From: Cirrosporium novae-zelandiae
Lineage: Eukaryota
Length of the DNA stretch: 64,000 nt
Assembly (NCBI GenBank): GCA_026023565.1
Contig: JAPETS010000006.1
Location: 1-64,000, forward strand
Reading direction: 5' to 3'
The position numbers and the translations under genes are program-made. A model generated the notes under the pieces. The model made no database searches. It was not told the DNA's origin and worked only from the letters and a program-made list of their open reading frames with translations. How positions within the stretch are numbered: position 1 is the stretch's first letter; each line of letters opens with the position of its first letter. Positions 54,300 to 64,000 of the stretch are shown here, piece by piece.

Positions 54300-55420
54300 T
54301 ATTGTCACGAGTGTATGTATAAAATAACCCCCCCCTCCCCCAAACCCCCTCTGGGATTCTTAATATTAGATTAGTAATATGGAGATATTGGTGGTTCTGG
54401 TTCTACTTTTAAGGCTTTTTTGTTATTTTATGTTTCAAGTAGTGAGGTGCTCACCACTCAGTGCTCAGGGGGGGGGAGGAGGAGCACAATATCCAAAATA
54501 TCCAAAAGGTCTTCTTCCTTCCTCCTCCCTATCTATACCCTCTATCCTCTATTACATAACCATTCATTCACGTCTTAAGTTAAGTTAGGTAATAACATTT
54601 CCCAAGGAAGTGTGGTGTCTAGTAAGTATCTAGGTATCCTGTATCCTGTATGATTTCTCTCACTCCATACTCCACACTCCATCCATATGGATATGGATAT
54701 GGATATGGGGGTTCTCCTCTACTCTTGGAATGTAGATTGCAGAACGGGCTTTATGATGATGATGATGATGATGATGATGCTTTAATCACTTTTAACGTTA
54801 TTATTATTATTATTATCATTTTATTTAGATTTGGAATCCGAGATTTGGGATTATTGTACAACTATACAAGATCTCTCTCACCCCTTACCCTCACCCCCTC
54901 AGGCTAGGTCAGGTCAGATCAGGTCAAATCCATGTAAGAAAAATATTAAGCGTATAAATACAAATCAAAAAAGGGAAAGGAATACTCTCTCGAAAATAAT
55001 GCATATACAACCCCCAACTCCCGAAACTTCTTCTCCTTCCTTCTTCTTCTTACCATCCAACAGCCCCATATCAAATATCCAAATACCCCTAGATCATACA
55101 TACATACATATATGCATACATACATTACTTAGTAAAACCCCACGATCCCAGCCCAGCTCATCTATCTTGGTGATTGAATACCTAATACTTGATACCTGAT
55201 GCCTGATGCCTGATGCCTGATGCCTGATGCCTGATGCCTTCGATCCTCGTAGTAGACACGGGTATGGAGATCTGGAGGTGGAGCTGGAGATCCGAGTTGA
55301 GGTTTTAGGTTTTAGGGGATCTGGTCTTGAGGTTTTGAGGTTTTGAGGAGCGGATGTGGGTGGGGGATGGAGGATTAAGGGGTAGAAACTGCGAGTGTAC
55401 TTGGTTGGGGGGTTTTGGTG

Positions 55421-55452
<32 letters not shown>

Positions 55453-55700
55453 GGTGGTGATAGGGAGATGGTTGGCAGTCTTCATATTTATTTATTTGAT
55501 AGATAGAATAAGATGAGAGGACAAGTAGTTTGAGGGATCCTCTTCATCTAATTACTTCCTAAGAGTTGTTGTTGTTTGTTAGTGGAATTTTCTTCTAGTA
55601 TTTCAACTATCTAACCATCTCCTCTCGGCAATCCATTCATTATTTTGAAATCTTTTGGTAATGTATGTTGTTTGTTGTTGTTTTGAGAATATTTTTTAAT
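54300..55700. repeat. Microsatellite-rich intergenic tract: (GAT)n near 54753-54779, (TTA)n, (CCTGATG)6 at 55195-55239, (TTG)n(GGT)n near 55418-55458
   Basis: Seen directly. Confidence 0.85.
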
Positions 55701-56900
55701 ATATATGGCTGGGACGGGCGGGCTGCCTTTTATGGTATTGTATACTAGCAGCAATATTTACCATCGTGAGAAGGAGAGGATGGGATTTTGAGATAACTAC
55801 AGTACTTTGAAGTTATGCAAAAATGGTGATGATGCAACACAGTAAATGGAAAACAATAAACACAACTAAAGGGGTATTGAGCTTTATGGAACTAATTAGA
55901 GGGAAACTTTCGTTTGGAAACAAATATAAATTAATCTAGAAAGGAGTGAAATATCAACACACCGCAAAAGAGATTTGATTTGGCTTTTGTCCGAAAAAAA
56001 ACTAAATATGAAAGAAAGGAAGTAGGCTGGTACAAGCAAGTCGGGGTTTTGTAGTAAATACTGTTTTTTGTAAGAGTGTGTTTGACTCAAATGGTTGAGC
56101 ATGTGGACATAGGCTCTCTTTGTTGAATGTGTTCCCGTGAAGATATTTTTCTTTTATCACTCACTAGATGCGATTCACGAACGGCTCGGCTGTATCAACG
56201 CACACATTCTATATCATATATCAATTACACAGCAAAGTAGTCGGGTTTTCTTGGGCCACCAGAGGAACATATTTATCTGGGAGTATTATTTTATATTTGC
56301 TCTGGTCCCTGGCACAGTGTGCTGCTTGTATTTGGTCATACAAAGTTTCCTATCTCCATCGGACTTCTCCACGGGGTACCAGTGAGCCAACTGCTATCTA
56401 GTCTATGGAGAACATGCCTGATAGGTAGGATTTATTGCTTAATCCATACTAACTAAATCTCTGGACTCTCCGTCATGGGGGCGTCCGAAACAGGAAAATA
56501 GGAATTCTGACTCCGTCCAAAAGAACAAATCCAACCCTTATCTGTTATCAACCTAGAAGACCCAAAAGAAATTTTATAAGTGTACGTTCAAACTACCAGG
56601 CTAAAATCCTATAAGCATGGCAGTGACCATCCGATTACCACCATTAACTCAGGTGGCCCGTGAGACCCATAAAAAAGATGCTGACGAAGCCTTGGATATC
56701 GAGATTTTTTTTAGGTGATTTCATTTGACTAGCACATATTGGGTGGCAATGGCAAGTATCAGAGACACTGGGGTAGCGGGCCACTATATTTATGCTTTGG
56801 AGAAGGGGTCGGATTGAAGGGATAGAAATCGTAAGGGATAATGGTCAACGTTTGGAAGACAATGATTGATTTGGAGGATGGTCCAGTCATCATTCGTAAT

Positions 56901-58180
56901 TCATACATCATTCTTCTTTTCTTCCTCAGGCTTCTGAGCCCAGTAAACGATTCTGATTCCAGGCATCCCATTAGTATCTGAGAATTCCAATTAATCAAGA
57001 ATAGCAAGAGGGGGACGTACATCGGTACATATATATGTCTTTTTTTGTTCGCCACCTCCTTCTTACAGTCCACTATAAATTCATCCAATTGCTCCTTTGT
57101 CCATCCTAAATATCTCGTAAATACTGCCAAACTCGCACCAGCTAAAAGTTCCTGAAAATCCTCCCGCATGATAACGCCCATCTTCTTCGCTCGGTCGCCT
57201 TTTCCCCACGAGTTAGATGGCCATTGAAATTGCTGTACGTGGATATTCTCGAAGCCAGCAGAGGTAAGCATGGGGAAGAAGCGTCTTGCAACGCCCATAA
57301 ATAATCCATTGTAGGCGGCACCTTCCAGCAGATATTCTGACCATTGAATTAGAGCGGAATTAGCAGATGTGGCAGAATCATCGTTGCAGCGAAAAGGCAG
57401 GATAGGTTCTTGTACTTCAAACCAGCCACCGGGCTTCAAGTTCGCATAAGCCTGACGAAAATACCTTGGCCAGTCTTTGAATCCAATAGTCAAAATCCTC
57501 GAGTGTATAAAATCAAACTGATGATCATATTCCCAATCTGCCTCGCCGTCGGTAACCTTAAACGTGCAATTCGGAGGTACGGACGGTGGTTCCGTAGGAC
57601 ATAGGTCAATGCCCAAGACATTTGCTTGTGGATGTTCCCGTGCGAAGTCCATAGCCCATGTTCCGGTACCGCAGCCAACGTCCAATACTTCCTTGACATC
57701 GTCAGGGATGGGAGCTAGCCATTGCCTGTCAATGAGAGTCAGATACCAGAGGGTGTGTTCGAGATCGAGGCGTTCGGATTCGATCTGAAGAAGAGAGTAA
57801 TAAAGATTAGCTTGGATGGAGTAGCGGTCGAAGGGGGGAATGGACATTATCGCTAGGGATCACGTAGCCACTATCTTTGGTGTCAAGATATCTACGTCCG
57901 TTCTCATATCGATAGCTCGCGGCTTCACTCAACGAGCCTGTTAATCTGATGGTTGTTATATATGAGACACTTTCTAAACAGTAATCCATCTAAAGGTATC
58001 ATACGATCTAGCATCATCACCAGTTGCAGATTCTGTATCGCGTTCACTAGAAGATTGCTCGGACTATTCAAAATATAAATGGATTAGCAGTCTGTAAAAG
58101 TAGGCAAGATAACGAGACAGCGAATTAAATTATACTTCAGCTATCAGAATATTAGGGTTATGTTCAACAAGGTCTGCCAT
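56901..58180 (-). CDS. SAM-dependent methyltransferase, LaeA/TAM-like family; about 5 exons
   Basis: YRYENGRRY, PSDN|IESERLDLEH, motif I VLDVGCGTGTWAMDFA, VLGIDL, FDFIHSR, NLKPGGWFEVQE, AGFENI; spliced end VYWAQKPEEEKKNDV*. Confidence 0.88.
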
Positions 58181-59340
58181 GATGTACTAGTAAAAGAGAA
58201 AGAAAGCAAGCACAACAACAATAGGTTGTCTTCAAATATCAAGATAGTAGATTGCAGATTGTAGATTATATCGATAAAGAAGAAGGGGAATGAAATGGAA
58301 TGTACATTGGATGCAGGAACAGCGGAGATGGATAATTAATCTAGTGTGCGCTGGCCCTACAGCTATCAACTGATTTCCTATTGCGTAATTATTCAACCAC
58401 AGTGTTATTGCAATTGCTTCAACAGTTAGAAAGTAATAGCTGCCTTAAGTCGTATCTAGTCGTAGCTAGTCGTATCTGGTCGTATTCAATTGAAGATTCG
58501 GAGGGTAACATTTGAAGATGAATAAATCCAGTAAGAATCTTACACCGGACCGGTCCGTTAAAGGTAGTTCCTAAATCTCTTTCCTCATAAAAGTGCCGAG
58601 GTGCCCCCCCTGAGCCCCGCAACCAAAGGGAGGCCGGCCCACTAAATCAGAAATAATGCAAGGGATACCTGGTATGTCAATATGTCAACATGCCAACATG
58701 ACTCGAGGATTCTCTTCATCTATCTCAGTGGGAAAAAAAAGTATCAAGCTTCATCAATTAATTGATGAATCAAGTTTAATAGAATAATTTTCGAGTAGAG
58801 TATTCTATTGGAGAAGCATAACATGTATTTGTTTATGTAGGAGAATTTACTTAGCTACACAATATGCACAGTACAGTATATGTTCAGTAGCCACCAAGTG
58901 GGCACCTGTTGGGGACCGTCCAAGAGCTGAAAAAATATCGCTGCTATAAGTTCATAGCTCGGGCACGTGTTAGATAGTTGAGTGATACACATTACTTTCG
59001 CTTAACTCGTGAGATCTTTGGCCGATCCCATAAGTCTAGTCAAAGTATATGTTTGAATGCCTTATGTGCCTTGATACCTGAAAATTATGGCGTTCCACAA
59101 TCCAACAACTACAGTATCTCCGAAACCCCGACACACCCGACTTTTCTGTGCAAAAAGTGGGAAACTTTAAGACAAATAAGCTTAAATCCTTGACAGCAGT
59201 TATCTGGATTGTCTGTCCTTTAGCTAATTCTTGTCTTCGAATGACGGTCTTTGATCTTCAATCTTCAATCTCTTCAGAAATTTCAATACTAATTTCACGG
59301 AGCTTCTTCCGTCCTTTCTTCTTCCCTTCCGTTTCTGAAA

Positions 59341-60752
59341 ATGGAGGTCGTAAGAGCAACCCAGGTACTCAAGCCAGCCTCTGGAAATGGCCGCCTTCTA
59401 CCTGTTCCCTTGAAGCGTGCTGCCATCCAGCTTTCCTACACCCAGCAACGAAACCTCACCAACCGCCAACCTTATGCTCAATCTCGAGTTAGTGGTAACT
59501 CTTCCGCCCCACAGTCCTATTTCCAGCGTCCTGGAACTGTACCTGGAAGATTCCCACCTTCCGCACCCACTTCCTACTTCTCGCAACGAGCATCACTTCC
59601 CGCAAACACCATTATTCGGTTCGTTCCTCAACAAACGGCATGGATTGTCGAGCGTATGGGAAAGTTCAACAGAATATTGGAACCAGGGTTGGCGATTCTA
59701 ATACCAATTATCGATCGAATTGCCTACGTTAAGAGCTTAAAGGAAAATGCCATCGAAATACCAAGTCAGAGCGCTATTACCCTTGATAACGTTACGCTGG
59801 AATTGGATGGAGTGCTTTATACCAGGGTATTTGATGCTTACAAGGCCAGGTATGTGGGCATTGATAATTAAAACCCTCTTATCTCTACAACTACCAGTAC
59901 ACATTACTCACAATCGTTCCCTACAGCTACGGTGTCGAAGATGCTGAATACGCCATTTCCCAACTAGCCCAAACGACTATGCGATCGGAAATTGGTCAAC
60001 TGACCCTCGACCATGTACTGAAAGAACGTGCCGCTCTCAACACCAACATCACACAAGCCATTAATGAAGCTGCTAAGGAATGGGGTGTTATCTGCCTACG
60101 TTACGAGATCCGTGACATCCACGCCCCAGAAGGCGTTGTCGCGGCCATGCACCGACAAGTCACGGCTGAACGATCCAAGCGTGCAGAGATCCTTGAATCC
60201 GAAGGTCAAAGACAATCGGCGATTAACATTGCCGAAGGACGAAAGCAAAGTGTGATCTTAGCATCTGAAGCATTGCAGAGTGAACAAGTCAATATCGCAA
60301 GCGGTGAGGCGGAAGCAATCCTCCTCAAAGCCAAAGCAACGGCCCGAGGAATCGAAGCTGTCGCAGGTGCCATCCAGGAAGGCAAAGAGTCCGCCCAAGG
60401 CGCCGTATCTCTCTCCGTCGCCGAGAAATATGTTGACGCTTTTAGCAAGCTCGCTAAGGAAGGCACCGCAGTCGTTGTGCCTGGTGATGTCGGGAATATT
60501 GGTGGCATGATTGCTACTGCGCTATCTGTTTATGGGAAAGTTAGCGACAGCCAGGCCAAGACGATGGCTGCGAGAGCGCTAGACGCGCCGAGGGAAGGAG
60601 GGAGTATAAGTGAGAGCGAAGAGAAAGTTCTGGAGAAAGCTAGGGATATTGAAGAAAAGGCTGCTGCGTTGAAATCAGATGCACAGAACAGGACGGACGC
60701 TGTCCAGCAGAGCGTGTTAGAAGGTTTCGAAGAGACAAGGAGAAAGCGGTAG
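59341..60752 (+). CDS. Stomatin-like (SLP-2, SPFH/band 7) mitochondrial protein; 2 exons
   Basis: FVPQQTAWIVERMGKFNRILEPGL, IPSQSAITLDNV, YGVEDAEYAISQLAQTTMRSEIG, RQVTAERSKRAEILESEG, VAEKYVDAFSKLAK. Confidence 0.93.
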
Positions 60753-61804
60753 ATTATTATTGACCCAGGACGCAGATGTTATATCAGGCCCTGCAGGTGT
60801 GGGTAGAAAGAGTGGTCGTGTACTAATATCAACAGAAAACATTCCGGTAAAACAAATGTATAGTATACAAAACGGAAGAGTTGAGAAACCGTCGGACTCT
60901 TTAAATAAATAGCAGGTGGCTCATTATGATTACGATTAAAAGAAGACGATCTAAACTGTCTCCACCCTTGTTTTATAATTTCAAGCTTGACATTTAATTT
61001 CTTCATTTATTATTTCTTTCAGGGGTGTTTTTCTAAACACATGAATAAGTACTTAAAATAAACTAATCTATATAAAAAGTAGGTCAGAGGGTCAATAAAT
61101 CATCACCAGCGATCCCACAATCAATCAATCATGAACGCTAAACCACCCAAAGCCATTCCCATCCTCCCTAGTTTTCCTGGGCATCCAAGCTCGCAAGCAT
61201 GCATGTGGGATATCGAACAATCCAATCCAATCCGATCCCAGTATGAAAAAAGCCCACCTAAGCCACAGTAAAAAAAGAAAGAAAAATAAACTTGGTCCTT
61301 TTCGACACCATAGTATATGTGTGTATCGAGGCTAGTTTAATAATAGTATACAACTAGCCCAAGTAGAAAAGGAAAGGAGGACGGAGTTGTTTTTCGCCGT
61401 TCGGGGGCCCCACGATACCGATACCGCGACCGCGGGGCCATCCGTGCTAACCGAGTTCTCGGACCGGAGTATAAACAATTCATATCGGCGAGAACGGGGG
61501 TGCGAAAGGAAGGAATATGGAAATGAAAAATAACGCATAGAAGATGGCTCTCTCTCTTCTTGCACCTGGAAAGGCACGTGGAAGGATAGTTGGGAAAGTT
61601 AACTCGAACGATACGGTTATGGTCAGAAGGTGGTCGGGTGGGTCGGGTTAGTATCCGACTGTGAGATTAATGATGTGCTGATCCGTATCGGGCGAGAGAA
61701 GGCGGAGGTTGCAAGTTCAACGTCATTCGCATTTAGTGAGAGTTCACATTTGACTTCCGGTAAAGGCGGATTTGTGGGGGGGGGGGAGGGAAGGAGACAA
61801 CTAA

Positions 61805-62923
61805 TTAGCATCCATTTGCCATTGCAGCCTCGTACTCCCCATCTCGCTTCCGAGATGCGGTTCTGTGCCGCGATTCCTCTGCCGTCGGCTGCCGCGAACT
61901 TGCAATGCTCTCCTCAGAAGCGGCAAGAGAACTATCTCTCTCCATTTTCAGTCTTCTTACTTCCCCGACCAACCTCTCCCGATCTGCTCTTAGACCTTCG
62001 GTTTCACTTCTTAGCCCTCTGTACTTATCCTCTATATCCTTTAGCTTATTCTCCAGGTGCTTTATCCTCTGCTCCTTTCTCGTCCGAAATGCCTTCTGCG
62101 CAGCTCTATTTTGTGCCCGTCGACGTTCCTTGGCCGTTTCTCCATGCATGGGAGGCGGACTGAGAGTGTATGGAGGAGAGGGAAGGTTTGATGGCGCAAG
62201 GTCGGCGGAAGTGAAAGTGGGGGAAAATGGTATGCTAGAAGACGAGAAGGGATTATAAGATCCATGGAGATGCGAATTGGACCCGGGAGAAGGGAAGGAG
62301 GGCGGGAAAGGATCTGTTTGGGAGAGCCACTGTTGGTCGATTATCTGTAAGCAGGTGATATAGGTTAGCCAGGGTCATGGTATTGAGACAATTAACGATG
62401 TGATATGCAAATAAGCATGGTTGTTTTATCCTTTGGGAAAATGGTGCATGATCTGGTAAAATTGCATCGGATAACGAATCTACTTCAATTGACGATATTG
62501 GTAGATAAAGCTCACGAGCTGCATCTGATAGCGAGCCTTTTCCATGGAAATTCTAAATAGTGCTGACGTGTTGGCTTCCTTTTGATTGGGAAGGCGGGGA
62601 TATGCCAAGTCAAGCCTCCTTAGTGGATGCCGAATATGGTACCAAGATACATCAAAGACGTTATTAAGTACCTCGTGTAATTGCTTGACGCTTCTTTCAC
62701 GTGTAATTAAAGCAGTAACAAGGAGACGAAACCGACAGTGCATATGAAGTCGATAGCAATCCTGGATTCAAGAGAGAATGAGACTAACATCAAGTACTTC
62801 AGGGCTCATTGCTTGATCTTGTGTGCTAGGAGCATCGAAATCCATGTCCTGTGGACTGGTACTTGGCATTGGAACGTCTGAGTAGTTTGACCCTTCAAAT
62901 GATGGTAGGTAAGATTTGGACAT
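61805..62923 (-). CDS. bZIP transcription factor (YAP/AP-1-like basic region); 5' exon structure uncertain
   Basis: RRRAQNRAAQKAFRTRK plus leucine zipper (LENKLKDIEDKYRGLRSETEGLRADRERL). The frame is open upstream to an acceptor near 62345. A plausible first exon begins at ATG 62923. Confidence 0.75.
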
Positions 62924-63651
62924 GATAATATAACGTGACGGTTATGTCAATTGAATATATGATTGTAATATCAATTATGTCAGTCGGGTGGAATGTAGTG
63001 AAGTGGAAGATTGTCACAGTATAATAATGAGATAAAACTTCCAGATTGATTGCTGGGTGTTTGGACTGCAAGGTTAGTTGGGACCTTTATATTATTGCTC
63101 CTTTGCTTTGGCATTCCCAGCTCGTTAGCTAGTTGCAGGATGACCGAATCATCCATCGCTACAGTAGCCGTATCTGCCGTTGAAAAGACAACATAACATG
63201 GTGACTGCCGTATGGTAGCAGGGAAAAATGGTCGTCAGCAAAATACAGAAAGATCGACGCTAATTTAACTCTCTGAATTAAGAAAAATGAAAAAAAAAAT
63301 AAGGACTACTATGGAAGTGGGTAACATTTTTCCTACCTGGTTCCGTTAGGTTTCTTACTCCATAAGAGCATCTTTCCATCCTACGACATGAAAAGGAACT
63401 CGGCCTGCTCTGTACATCCGAGATGTCCAACAACAGTCGGGGTTTCGTACCGACTCTCACTGGCGGCTGGACGGCTCGGATGGCGCGCTATTTCCGCCAA
63501 AAAATCAAATCAAGCTCCACTGAAAAATTAAAAAAAAAAACCATGAAGGATTTTCCAGGTCATTCAGATTGACTATCGACTGGGATTGGACAATTATCGA
63601 AAAGCCTTTCGACAGGCATATATGTCGGAAGCCGTTACCCCGACTTCAGCT

Positions 63652-63999
63652 CTAGATGCTGCATTGAGAATAAAACTTTCCATGGCTCAACCCCAATGCC
63701 CACCTAGATTCGGATTTGTGAACAAATACAAATATATGAGGCTTCCAGTCTTTTTTGTCTCTTAGTTCTTCTGTATCTATCATGTATGAGAACGAACCAG
63801 GGGGGGGGTAGATTGCTCGATTAGCCAAATCCTTCACCCTTAGCCATTTTTGGCTATTGATCCCTATCGGCTTCCATATATCTATGTACATGGATTTATT
63901 AGATACAACAGACGGCAAGAAATAAACCAGAAAGTCATTGCGGGGAAGTTTCAGGCTGATAGTCCAATATGCGATGAAGATGTATCGTGTTGCATCCAT
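63652..63999 (-). CDS. Possible 3' part of an unknown gene running off the window edge
   Basis: 115-codon non-repetitive ORF at the window end; no recognised motif. Confidence 0.25.
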   Translation of the reverse strand: MDATRYIFIAYWTISLKLPRNDFLVYFLPSVVSNKSMYIDIWKPIGINSQKWLRVKDLANRAIYPPPGSFSYMIDTEELRDKKDWKPHIFVFVHKSESRWALGLSHGKFYSQCSI

Positions 64000-64000
64000 C

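Noticed and set aside
55195..55350. (CCTGATG)6 and GGTTTT(A/G)-like repeats as a CRISPR array or telomere
   Set aside because: Simple tandem repeats without spacers, not TTAGGG arrays, in a eukaryotic internal location.
56901..62923. Methyltransferase plus bZIP as a secondary-metabolite cluster
   Set aside because: No backbone enzyme, tailoring genes or transporter in the window, and a housekeeping stomatin gene lies between them.

Overview
Intron-rich nuclear DNA from a filamentous ascomycete (Pezizomycotina), judged from short GT-AG introns with CTRAY branch points and the gene set. About 22 protein-coding genes can be reconstructed, mostly housekeeping: MATH-USP-MORN-RING protein, PIG-P/GPI19, RAD14, striatin, MARVEL protein, peroxisomal long-chain acyl-CoA synthetase, MET17/cysD, MAK10, ATP15, QCR2, RPC82, an orphan poly-Asn membrane protein, FYV6/FAM192A, GCY1-like aldo-keto reductase, a conserved hypothetical, CK2 beta, TMA20, RIC1, LARP1-like, GH13 alpha-amylase, LaeA-like methyltransferase, stomatin-like protein and a bZIP factor. 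Microsatellite-rich intergenic tracts separate them. I found no transposon, tRNA, rRNA or CRISPR array and no convincing multi-gene novel system. The best leads are: (1) a USP7/Ubp15-like deubiquitinase that appears to have lost its catalytic Cys and His and is fused to MORN repeats and an intact RING; (2) a LARP1 whose DM15 domain appears to lack the cap/TOP-binding residues and that sits behind about 0.8 kb of ATG-free leader; (3) a long, heavily base-paired first intron in CK2 beta; (4) an obligatory GC-AG intron in striatin. Exon boundaries were inferred by eye, and family alignments are from memory rather than from searches.
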